Shown here in pieces: positions 47,396 to 55,830 of a stretch of 64,000 nucleotides of DNA; within the stretch, counting starts at the first letter, position 1; every line of letters begins with the position of its first letter. Location of the stretch: IMG/VR virus record IMGVR_UViG_3300027983_002388; one strand, given 5' to 3'. The position numbers and the translations under genes are program-made. The stretch comes from a virus. Lineage: Duplodnaviria; Caudoviricetes. The notes beneath the pieces were generated by a model. That model saw nothing but the letters and a program-made list of their open reading frames with translations, made no database searches and was not told where the DNA came from.

Positions 47396-47799
47396 ATGGT
47401 TTTGGTGTTTCCCAAAGTAATGTGGAATACTTTTTGGTAGGAATTCGGGGGCCTCGTATATTCGCTTGACACTGGCAGACCTAGTTCAACTCTGATTTCT
47501 TCCAGGCGAGTGCTGAAGGCGTTGATCCACCAATACACCCGACCATTATGGATGTAATTGTTGTATTCAAACTCGACCTGTTCACCCTCGTATTTGCCCC
47601 AATGTTCCATCTTGATTGAATGCTCGTAACGCACAACAGAGATGTGCGGAGCATATCGTTGGGGATTGAGAATGATGTACTTTGGGATCATCTCACGACA
47701 AAAAGAGGCGATGCCAGGATCAACCTCAAGGATGAGCTTGAATCCAACATCGCCTGCATGACTGTATCGAAGTGTTCCGTTACTCTTGTGTAGCAGCAT
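47392..47799 (-). CDS. 2H phosphoesterase (2'-5' RNA ligase-like)
   Basis: Two HxS/T motifs: PHISVV and FHITLG. Confidence 0.75.
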   Translation of the reverse strand: MLLHKSNGTLRYSHAGDVGFKLILEVDPGIASFCREMIPKYIILNPQRYAPHISVVRYEHSIKMEHWGKYEGEQVEFEYNNYIHNGRVYWWINAFSTRLEEIRVELGLPVSSEYTRPPNSYQKVFHITLGNTKTI

Positions 47800-48118
47800 C
47801 CCAAAACTCTTCGGCTTTTGACAACGATCTCATCATGTTTTTTGCGCCCACAGGATTCTTAGAATGCACTGCCCAAGTCAGTCGTGGCAGCGTTCCATGA
47901 AACGCTTGTTCTTCAATCCAATTGGCAACATCCATGCCTGTGCCAGCGCTTGGCGGTCCAAGATCATGATCCAGAGAGATAAACGTAACTCGACCCTGCT
48001 TCAGATGGTAAATTGCCACATCAGCGGTTTTTACCCACGTTTCGTCACCCTCGGACCCAAAAAGGCTTTGAATTTTTGGGTCACGAGGATCACGTTCATC
48101 GTCCAGCCACAACTTCAT
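47780..48118 (-). CDS. Cyclic-phosphate-processing receiver-domain protein
   Basis: KLWLDDERDP, ISLDHDLG, GMDVANWI, VHSKNPVG. Confidence 0.8.
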   Translation of the reverse strand: MKLWLDDERDPRDPKIQSLFGSEGDETWVKTADVAIYHLKQGRVTFISLDHDLGPPSAGTGMDVANWIEEQAFHGTLPRLTWAVHSKNPVGAKNMMRSLSKAEEFWDAATQE

Positions 48119-49388
48119 CACTAGACCTCCGATAAGCATCAGCTTCAGCCCCACTCATGGCGTCACTGATGGCTTTTCCTTTCAGGTGCATGAAGTCTTG
48201 CGACTTCACAGTTGGTTGGTAGTTCAAGAATCGTTGAAGCTCTGCTTCCTTGCCAGAAATTCTAGCGAAATCCAACACGTCTGTCGTTAGAACTTTTTGT
48301 CCTGCCGCCTGAAGTTCTGGATTCTCCAATTGCTTGTACAAGTCTCGATGTTTCAATAGCTGTGCTACCTGAGCCACGTCAAATCGGTACAACCTGACAA
48401 GGAAAGAAGTAGCGTCAGAAACATCATTGGCGTACTTGAGGCGATTGAGTTGAATTCGGACGGCTTTAGGGTCGTCTTGCTTCAATAGCCAAGCAAGCAC
48501 AGCTTTGATGTTCTTGACGTTTCCAATGCGATCTACATCGTGCATATCGACTTGAAGTCCTGGAAATACTGCGGGCAGCAATCCGGTGGCTTCGTAATTC
48601 TTCAGGTAGTTGACTGGACTAGCCGCCTTCTGAAGACCGCCAGTGAATTCGGCGGCGATACGTTCTGGTGAAACTCCAGCTAAGTCTTTGAATTCTTCAA
48701 TGGCCGATAGGGTTTCTTTATCCAGATGTTGCATGATGTATCCAGGATTGAAGCGTGAGAAGAACCGAACAAGTCGGGGGATTCTCAGCTTGTCTTCTCG
48801 GAAGCGATCACGAGCGTTTCCAACAGGACGGGCAACAAGATTCTTAATGTCGTGCAGCCCTTGTCCTTCTCCTTCATCGTTTAGGTTGTAGTCTCTGACT
48901 TCCTTCTTGTGAATGTCATAGAACAAAGCGTTGTAAGTTAGGTCACGACGTTGAGCATCTTTGGCTGGAGTGCTGAAGCTCACAGAGTCAGGACGCCTCC
49001 CATCGGTGTATTGTCCATCTTCCCGGAATGTTGCGATCTCGTATTCCTCTCCATCGACAACAGCGGAAATGACACCGAATGCTTCGCCTTTTGGAAAGGT
49101 TTTGATGCCTTGTGATTGAGCAGCCGGACTGCTCAAGATCGCCATCACCTTGTCGGGCGGCGCTTCGGTTGCAAGGTCTACGTCTTTTGGAGAAAATTTC
49201 CCGCCGTGGTGTTGGGAATATAGAAAATCCCGAATTACCCCACCTACGGCAAACAACGAGGCTCCCTGGCGGGCAAAAAGCTCGCTGAGGGTATACACCG
49301 CTGCGGGAAGCGGAATATCTGCCTTGATGCTGTGAAATTTTTCTTCCACGGTTTCTAAAAACCCCCGGAATTTAAGTTGTGCGACCAT
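48096..49388 (-). CDS. cca: CCA-adding enzyme / class II tRNA nucleotidyltransferase
   Basis: AVGGVIRD, KDVDLAT, EIATFR, DAQRRDLTYNAL, RFREDKLRIPR; no HD domain. Confidence 0.88.
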   Translation of the reverse strand: MVAQLKFRGFLETVEEKFHSIKADIPLPAAVYTLSELFARQGASLFAVGGVIRDFLYSQHHGGKFSPKDVDLATEAPPDKVMAILSSPAAQSQGIKTFPKGEAFGVISAVVDGEEYEIATFREDGQYTDGRRPDSVSFSTPAKDAQRRDLTYNALFYDIHKKEVRDYNLNDEGEGQGLHDIKNLVARPVGNARDRFREDKLRIPRLVRFFSRFNPGYIMQHLDKETLSAIEEFKDLAGVSPERIAAEFTGGLQKAASPVNYLKNYEATGLLPAVFPGLQVDMHDVDRIGNVKNIKAVLAWLLKQDDPKAVRIQLNRLKYANDVSDATSFLVRLYRFDVAQVAQLLKHRDLYKQLENPELQAAGQKVLTTDVLDFARISGKEAELQRFLNYQPTVKSQDFMHLKGKAISDAMSGAEADAYRRSSDEVVAGR

Positions 49389-49517
49389 GTTTTCTCCCAG
49401 AGTATACCATATTTTGATGTTCTTGTAAAGCGTTGGATATTCCTTTCGTCATGGGAATATATACCTTCGTAGCGTTGGTCTATTCGACGCAATCACCTTT
49501 CAAACGAGGGTCCACAT

Positions 49518-49817
49518 ATGACAAAGAACAAAATTCAGTCGCTTATTGTCGAGCATCTTCTCAAGCACGGTCAGATCGAGCTTGTTCTCCCGGACGGCGT
49601 AACACTCGAAATCGGACTTACCCAGGAAAACCAGGACGGTAAATTGACAATTCAGGATGATTATTGCTGGGTTATTGCATCCCAAGGTGGACGAGCCACC
49701 AGTATCGACTCATACAATATGGGCCTTCGTTTCACAGACAAAGAAAATATCTTGGTATTTGAAGATAAATTCGTTGACCAAGACGGAGAGCAAGTTCGTC
49801 GGCTAGATGTTGTTTAA
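49518..49817 (+). CDS. Hypothetical protein (99 aa)
   Basis: ORF with SD GAGG. Confidence 0.7.
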   Translation: MTKNKIQSLIVEHLLKHGQIELVLPDGVTLEIGLTQENQDGKLTIQDDYCWVIASQGGRATSIDSYNMGLRFTDKENILVFEDKFVDQDGEQVRRLDVV

Positions 49818-49839
49818 GATAATCAAAAAATATTTCGCC

Positions 49840-50193
49840 TTAAACACAATGGAGATTGCCCAGCGTATTGATGTGCGTTATACTTCCATTGTTGGATAGG
49901 TGAAGCTCCATAGTTCCTTCGGCCATTTTATTCGTGGCCATAGGAACATTGAACTCAACCCACAGGGTAAAACCTGTGGGAGTCCAGTAACATCGGGAGA
50001 GCGTAATTGATACGCCTTTGGGTTTTATTTCGCTCGATGATATAATTGCAAGGCGGTTGATATTTGCCTTTACGGTCTGTAATACGAAGGCCAACAGCCT
50101 TGAACTATCCAAGAAGTGTGTCCAGTTTGCGACCAGGAGTTCTTCCAGTTTGTCTTCTCTGAAGATGTTCTTCAGCACACTTACCAATTCCAT
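49840..50193 (-). CDS. Hypothetical protein (117 aa)
   Basis: ORF only. Confidence 0.6.
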   Translation of the reverse strand: MELVSVLKNIFREDKLEELLVANWTHFLDSSRLLAFVLQTVKANINRLAIISSSEIKPKGVSITLSRCYWTPTGFTLWVEFNVPMATNKMAEGTMELHLSNNGSITHINTLGNLHCV

Positions 50194-50207
50194 GTTTGGA
50201 GTTTCCC

Positions 50208-50465
50208 GTGAAAAAGCCAGATTTTTATTTAAAAGAGTATTGCCAGCGTCTTTCGGACGACAACCTCAAGTTCCTTACCGGACGGTTGAACCAAAGATTG
50301 GGTGGCGATGTGGCAGAAGTTCTTGATTTCTTGAGCAATGTGCGAGAGATTGACCGATGGCTTGCATCGGCAGAAACCAGTAACGATCTTTACGATATGA
50401 TCGACCTTGTGAAAGCATCAACGGTGAAAGAATATGATCGACGTTGCAACGGCCACGCAGCCTGA
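50208..50465 (+). CDS. Hypothetical protein
   Basis: SD GGAG before GTG 50208. Confidence 0.65.
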   Translation: MKKPDFYLKEYCQRLSDDNLKFLTGRLNQRLGGDVAEVLDFLSNVREIDRWLASAETSNDLYDMIDLVKASTVKEYDRRCNGHAA

Positions 50466-50661
50466 GCCTCGGCTCAAATACTGCGAACAAATTCCCCCAA
50501 AAAAATCTCGATTCTGGTTAGGGTTCCTATTTGGAGTCCCGTTGTATCCATTGGTTATTCCGTGGGTGCTATTCGGTCTACCGGATAAGTACGCTGAAGC
50601 GTATCTTCGGTTGTATGCGGAATACATCAGATTCGTGATGCACACTTTAGGTGTTTCATGA
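50434..50661 (+). CDS. Small membrane protein
   Basis: Hydrophobic FWLGFLFGVPLYPLVIPWVLFG; ATGA-coupled to the next gene. Confidence 0.6.
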   Translation: MIDVATATQPEPRLKYCEQIPPKKSRFWLGFLFGVPLYPLVIPWVLFGLPDKYAEAYLRLYAEYIRFVMHTLGVS

Positions 50662-51206
50662 AAAAATTGTTTATGGCAATTACGATATTGTTGATTTCGG
50701 CAATAGCGGTCATTGCCGCTGATATTCCCAAAGATTGTCGAGTTGCAAATATTCCACCAGGATATTGTTGCTGGGCAAGTCTTGAAACTTTGGGAAAAGT
50801 CCACAAAATTTCCAGCTTAGATGGACTGCTGGACGCCAGGACCAGAGAGGACGATACGATCATTATCGTTCAAGGTTCCGGCGTTTCATTTCGACAAGTT
50901 GAGCCGAAAAATTACGGCTACGATCACGCTATTCGCAAAAAGCTCACTGATCTCAAGGTGAAGTTTTGGATGAATACCACTGGTAATGCCGACCGCTCTC
51001 TGTTAAAGTATGCGAACTCGCATGGATGCTTGGTGGGACTCAAGGCAGGCGCTAGAGGTCAACTTGGCCACGGCATTGTTTTGACTCATTACGATGATAA
51101 GATCATTCGGTTTTATGACTCCAACCAACCGGATGATACTTGGGAAGGATCGAGAGAGTGGTTCGATTTTTGGTGGAGTGGCCTAATCGTTGTAGTTGAG
51201 AAATGA
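50658..51206 (+). CDS. Secreted papain-like (C39-like) peptidase
   Basis: Signal peptide; GYCCWAS (Cys), GHGIVL (His), YDSN (Asp). Confidence 0.55.
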   Translation: MKKLFMAITILLISAIAVIAADIPKDCRVANIPPGYCCWASLETLGKVHKISSLDGLLDARTREDDTIIIVQGSGVSFRQVEPKNYGYDHAIRKKLTDLKVKFWMNTTGNADRSLLKYANSHGCLVGLKAGARGQLGHGIVLTHYDDKIIRFYDSNQPDDTWEGSREWFDFWWSGLIVVVEK

Positions 51207-51595
51207 AATTTCACATCAAGAAGAATGCCCACTTTGAGGCTCGTATATACATTGGCAATCGTGTCAAGTATAACGGGCCTCAATTTTCTTTTGCCGAGCT
51301 TAGAGAAGCCATTGGATATTTCCAATCAAACAATGGAATTGAGGCGTCCAATCCCGTTCGTATAACCCCCACAACATTTGTTTGGGAAAAGTACGATGAA
51401 GAGGGATGGGAAATCGCTGTAATTGATTACCCAAGGGTCAGCAAGCCGCATAGTGTTTTGCGTGAGTTTGCATACAACTTGGCAGTTCATTTGTTTGAGA
51501 GGTTTGAACAGAACCGAATGTCTATTGTTTTTCCCGACGAGATAGTTATGCTGGAGGCCGATGACGCAGAAGAAAACAAGTACAACCAAAAGTAA
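51203..51595 (+). CDS. Hypothetical protein (130 aa)
   Basis: ATGA-coupled ORF. Confidence 0.75.
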   Translation: MKFHIKKNAHFEARIYIGNRVKYNGPQFSFAELREAIGYFQSNNGIEASNPVRITPTTFVWEKYDEEGWEIAVIDYPRVSKPHSVLREFAYNLAVHLFERFEQNRMSIVFPDEIVMLEADDAEENKYNQK

Positions 51596-51611
51596 TCGCA
51601 AGGAGAAAAAA

Positions 51612-54600
51612 GTGCCTGTAGTAATCAAAGCTGAGGATCAGCCTGTTGTTGTAGCTACATCTGATTATCCTTACGCCAAATGGAAGTTTGAGACGTTCAA
51701 TCCGGTTCAAAGTCGGATTATGGATTTTTATGACAAGGATGTAAACGGTCTTATCGCCGCTATGACTTCAGCAGGCAAGACAGTCGTAGCTGAAATGTTT
51801 CTTGCGCAAGAAATTCGTAAACGTGGTGGCAAGGGCATGTTCCTTGCTCCTTTGCGTGCATTGGCTCGTGAGAAAATCACCGATTGGAAAAACGAGAATT
51901 ATCACTTCGCCGACCAGAAAATTTCTATCTGCACAGGTGATTATAGGCTCACAAAAGAGCGTGCCAAAGAATTGAATGATGCCAATCTCATCATCATGAC
52001 TTCGGAAATGTTAAATCACCGCAGTCGCAATCATAAGGCCGAACAAAATAATTGGCTTCTTGATGTTGGCACGTTAATTATTGATGAATGTTTGTCTCCA
52101 AATGCAATAATTGAAACAGATCAAGGTCCAATTTCTATTGGAGACATCATTGACAAAAATCTGGATGTTAAAGTTGCATCCATGAATCACTCAACCAAAC
52201 AAATTGTATTCAAAAAAATAGTTGCTCGTCAGAAAAAGTTGTTAAAAAGAAGATGGCACACCATATATTATGACGGTGGGCATATTTCTGCGACATCAAA
52301 TCATTTGGTGTGGTGTGAAAATCGTGGTTATATTCCCTCTAAAGACATTCAAGAGGGAGATGTTATTTATGTACGAGGAATTAACGAAGAGAGAAAAACA
52401 AGTAATATTGGGAACTTTACTGGGAGACGGTTCGATAGCTCGACTTCCGCACGGAAAGTCAGCAAGATTGAGGGTTCAACAGTGTTCGGCTCAAAAGGCT
52501 TTAGTCGAATGGAAGTACAACGAGTTGAAGCGATTGGTTGGCACCCCTCCACAAATCAAACCGAACCAAGGGTACGGAAAGGAAGTGTGCAGATTCAACA
52601 CATTGTCAAGCAAAATGTTGTTGGCAATACATTCGATGTGTTATCCACGAGGGAAGAAAATAGTAAATTCTCAGTGGTTGGACGAGATCACCGATCCGGT
52701 GGCATTGGCGGTGTGGTACATGGACGACGGAAGCCAGGGTCCAAGTATGATGGCAATTCACACCGAGGGCTTTCCCAAATCAGAAGTGGAATTGTTAGCG
52801 CATTGGTTGGAAACGAAATGGTCGGTGGCTTGCGAAGCCTATCCGACAAAACAATATTGGCAACTCAGATTTCCAGCGAAGGGTCGGGATCGTTTTCAAG
52901 AACTGGTTCGTCACGAAATAATTTCAGACATGAATTACAAGGTGCTGCCAAAAATGGAGCAGATATTTTGTTCGATGTGTGGTCAGAAATTCATCGCAGA
53001 TCGCCGCAGTCTTCATCAAGTCAGGAAGGTCATGCTTTGTGGGGCCAAGGAGTGTCGGTTGAATTGGGACAGGATGTACAGCCGGACGGAGACATGGATT
53101 CAGAGGAATCTTGGTGTTGCGACTTAGAAGTTGAATCTGATTGTTTTGAAGATTGCAATTTTTTTGCAGATGGAGTTCTTGTCCATAATAGTCACTTGTT
53201 GACTGTTCCAGGTCGTGGAGATCACCTGGAAGTTGGACTCATGAAGTTCACAGAGATCAATCCCAAGGCTCGTCTCGTGTTGCTTTCAGCAACGATGCCT
53301 AATGTAGAAGAGATTGCCGACTGGATTAGTTATTCTTTGACCAAGCGTGAAACTTTCATGTTGCGGTCCAAGTATCGACCAGTGCCTTTGACTCTTCACT
53401 ATGAGTCTTATTACGACGTAGGCAGATACGATCAAGTCGAAGAAGAGAAGGTCAATAAAGCCCTTGAAATTATTGAATGGTATCCAGACGACAAGTTCCT
53501 TGTCTTCGCCCATACAAAGCGTACTGGCGAATTGATGAAGCAAAATTTGCGATCATTGGGCATTGAAGCTCAATTTCACAATGCTGATTTGCAAGCTGAT
53601 GAGCGTGCTAAGGTGGAAGATCGTTTCAAAACTGATCCTAAGCTACGGGTCATTGTGGCTACATCGACTTTGGCATGGGGCTTAAACCTTCCTGCTCGAC
53701 GTGTGATTATTTTGGGCGTCAATCGAGGAATTGGCGAGGTTGAAACTCACGATATTCTTCAGATGGTCGGTCGATCTGGTCGGCTGGGAATTGATCCGAT
53801 GGGTGATGCGTACATCCTCGTTCCTGAAAGTGAAGAGGCAAAATATCGTCAGAAATTCAGCAAGCCGAATCGTATTGAATCCCAGCTTTTAGAAAAAGTT
53901 GGTGACAAATACAAGGTGTTAGCTTTCCATCTTGTTAGTGAAATTCATCACGGCACTGTGTCAACAACCGATGATGTTCATGCTTGGTATAAGCGGTCGT
54001 TGGCTTATTTCCAAAACAAGGCTCTGGATGAAACTGTTGTAGACCAGACTTTAGACTTACTGCGGAAATGCAGTGCGGTTTGGAAAGAAGATGCTGTTGA
54101 AGGTGAGACGGATGAAAAATGGATTTGCCGACCTATTGGGAAAGTTTCCAGCATGTTTTACTTCAGTCCATTTGATGTCTCGGACTTGTATTTTAACTTC
54201 AAGAATTTATTCCAAGACAATAAAGAGGACGACGATTACTTCGTGTCAACGGCTCTGGGAAATATTGATGGTCAGAGAATGAATATAGTTTCTCGTATTG
54301 AGAAAGAAGAGATGAGTCTTTATGCCGCAAAGGTGCGGACCTTGATGCCAGGGAAGTTCTTCAATGATGCCTCTTTGAAGGCTAGTTTTTGCTACTTCAA
54401 TTTGTTAAATGGCGTGAACAGCCAAGCCTGTGCCACAACGCAAAGGAATCTTCAGTTCGATTTCAATCGGCTGTCACAGGTTCTTCAGTCGCTCGATACA
54501 TTTGGCGGCAATTGGCAACGTGAAAGTTACTTCAAGATTCTTGAGGGGCGTATTACCAATGGGGTTCCAGTTCACTTAGTTGATCTTTGTCGTTTGGCAA

Positions 54601-54776
54601 ACATTGGCAAAGCACGAGCTACGAAGCTCTATGAAGCTGGATTTAAGACTGTTGAATCGGTTGCTGATATGGACTTTGAGAACTTCAAGAAGATTGTCAA
54701 CAGTACGGGTAAATCCATGAAGGTAGACGCAGCTAAGGAAGTGTTTGAATCTGCCAAGGTGTTCGCTTTGCTTTAA
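51612..54776 (+). CDS. Ski2/Hel308-like SF2 helicase interrupted by an intein
   Basis: FNPVQ, MTSAGKT, IIDE|intein|SH, LSATMPN, ATSTLAWGLNLPA, QMVGRSGR, C-terminal HhH; SD AGGAG before GTG 51612. Confidence 0.92.
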   Translation: MPVVIKAEDQPVVVATSDYPYAKWKFETFNPVQSRIMDFYDKDVNGLIAAMTSAGKTVVAEMFLAQEIRKRGGKGMFLAPLRALAREKITDWKNENYHFADQKISICTGDYRLTKERAKELNDANLIIMTSEMLNHRSRNHKAEQNNWLLDVGTLIIDECLSPNAIIETDQGPISIGDIIDKNLDVKVASMNHSTKQIVFKKIVARQKKLLKRRWHTIYYDGGHISATSNHLVWCENRGYIPSKDIQEGDVIYVRGINEERKTSNIGNFTGRRFDSSTSARKVSKIEGSTVFGSKGFSRMEVQRVEAIGWHPSTNQTEPRVRKGSVQIQHIVKQNVVGNTFDVLSTREENSKFSVVGRDHRSGGIGGVVHGRRKPGSKYDGNSHRGLSQIRSGIVSALVGNEMVGGLRSLSDKTILATQISSEGSGSFSRTGSSRNNFRHELQGAAKNGADILFDVWSEIHRRSPQSSSSQEGHALWGQGVSVELGQDVQPDGDMDSEESWCCDLEVESDCFEDCNFFADGVLVHNSHLLTVPGRGDHLEVGLMKFTEINPKARLVLLSATMPNVEEIADWISYSLTKRETFMLRSKYRPVPLTLHYESYYDVGRYDQVEEEKVNKALEIIEWYPDDKFLVFAHTKRTGELMKQNLRSLGIEAQFHNADLQADERAKVEDRFKTDPKLRVIVATSTLAWGLNLPARRVIILGVNRGIGEVETHDILQMVGRSGRLGIDPMGDAYILVPESEEAKYRQKFSKPNRIESQLLEKVGDKYKVLAFHLVSEIHHGTVSTTDDVHAWYKRSLAYFQNKALDETVVDQTLDLLRKCSAVWKEDAVEGETDEKWICRPIGKVSSMFYFSPFDVSDLYFNFKNLFQDNKEDDDYFVSTALGNIDGQRMNIVSRIEKEEMSLYAAKVRTLMPGKFFNDASLKASFCYFNLLNGVNSQACATTQRNLQFDFNRLSQVLQSLDTFGGNWQRESYFKILEGRITNGVPVHLVDLCRLANIGKARATKLYEAGFKTVESVADMDFENFKKIVNSTGKSMKVDAAKEVFESAKVFALL
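52089..53189 (+). mobile_element. Intein (367 codons) inserted in the DExH Walker B motif
   Basis: Starts CLSPNAIIET, block B SATSNH, ends CCDLEVE...NFFADGVLVHN followed by Ser+1. Confidence 0.95.
52369..53127 (+). CDS. LAGLIDADG homing endonuclease (252 aa) in the +1 frame inside the intein
   Basis: ILGTLLGDGSI and LAVWYMDDGS motifs; C-terminal CSMC...CGAKEC; SD GAGGGAG 9 nt upstream of ATG 52369. Confidence 0.9.
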   Translation: MYEELTKREKQVILGTLLGDGSIARLPHGKSARLRVQQCSAQKALVEWKYNELKRLVGTPPQIKPNQGYGKEVCRFNTLSSKMLLAIHSMCYPRGKKIVNSQWLDEITDPVALAVWYMDDGSQGPSMMAIHTEGFPKSEVELLAHWLETKWSVACEAYPTKQYWQLRFPAKGRDRFQELVRHEIISDMNYKVLPKMEQIFCSMCGQKFIADRRSLHQVRKVMLCGAKECRLNWDRMYSRTETWIQRNLGVAT

Positions 54777-55483
54777 CGGCGAATTTTGCGAGTCTTGGTG
54801 ATTCTTTCTAATAGCTTCTGTTTGCTGATGTAGGTTTTCTGGACGCCAGTTCTCACTGAGCGTTGCTTGAACGCAGCAAATGAAGCCGAGCCACTGCACT
54901 CACCTAATAGACTTCCAGTGCTGCTCACCAAACAGCATGAGCAGCAATGCGCAGATGGCGGTGTAATAGACACTCCTACGCCACCACAATCTCCCACAGA
55001 TACGCTGGTTCCTCCTCCGTTTATGGAGCAACCGAAGGGAGCGCCGCAAGCATCGCTGCATCCTGACAGTGACACTGTTCCAGCACCAATTGCCGTAAAA
55101 GAAAATCCTGATCCATACAGACAGCAGCCTGATGTTGACAGGGTGATAGTAATAGTTGAGCATGGAATAGAGCAAGTCGGGACTGAAGTGTCTGGCACTG
55201 ATCCAGTGGTTGCTTGCGCATAAACATATCCATCACTGTCTTCTATATCAAACAGATATGCTTGATAATCAAAGTCTGGAAAATCAACATCTAATTCAGG
55301 CGCACGAAGGGGAGCAGGCACAGCAATAGGCGCACAATCACATCCGGGCGGATAAACACTTGAGCTTGTTCCACACAAATACACATAGGTCCAGCTTGTG
55401 TAGCATGGACATGGTGGGCAACACTTGCAGTTGCAGCCGCAATAGCTGCCAGTTCCCAAGCAATATGGAGGATTACATGCCAT
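54773..55483 (-). CDS. Cysteine-rich protein (25 Cys) with basic C-terminus
   Basis: CGCNCKCCPPCPC..., Ser/Thr/Gly-rich middle; starts directly after the upstream stop. Confidence 0.7.
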   Translation of the reverse strand: MACNPPYCLGTGSYCGCNCKCCPPCPCYTSWTYVYLCGTSSSVYPPGCDCAPIAVPAPLRAPELDVDFPDFDYQAYLFDIEDSDGYVYAQATTGSVPDTSVPTCSIPCSTITITLSTSGCCLYGSGFSFTAIGAGTVSLSGCSDACGAPFGCSINGGGTSVSVGDCGGVGVSITPPSAHCCSCCLVSSTGSLLGECSGSASFAAFKQRSVRTGVQKTYISKQKLLERITKTRKIRR

Positions 55484-55753
55484 TTATTCTTTGCCAAAAA
55501 ATCCCGTAGGATATTCCATTTTTACAGTGCCATTGCCTTTTGTTGGTTTGCCATCGTCATCCTCGACCCACCAACGCACCTGTTCGACAGGTATGTTGAG
55601 TTCATCCATGTGGCACTTATCTTTTGGAAACACTGGCATGTGATATTCCGTGCCTTCTACTAGAATCGCTACTTTACATTCGCCTTTTTGGTTATTGTAT
55701 AGCATACAATTTCTGCATATCGGTTCCACTTGTTTTTTCTTTGCCATTTTCAT
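55484..55753 (-). CDS. Hypothetical protein (CxxC...C...C)
   Basis: SD AAGGA; 89 aa. Confidence 0.7.
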   Translation of the reverse strand: MKMAKKKQVEPICRNCMLYNNQKGECKVAILVEGTEYHMPVFPKDKCHMDELNIPVEQVRWWVEDDDGKPTKGNGTVKMEYPTGFFGKE

Positions 55754-55830
55754 ATTCCTTGATGAAGGGCCTTGAGATATAATTCGGCTTACCTTATTAC
55801 AGTAACAACTGCTCTAAATGGAGGCCGACT

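Noticed and set aside
52270-52368. ORF-track start of the LAGLIDADG gene at 52270
   Set aside because: This stretch is the intein N-terminal splicing domain in the other frame; the SD and homology point to ATG 52369
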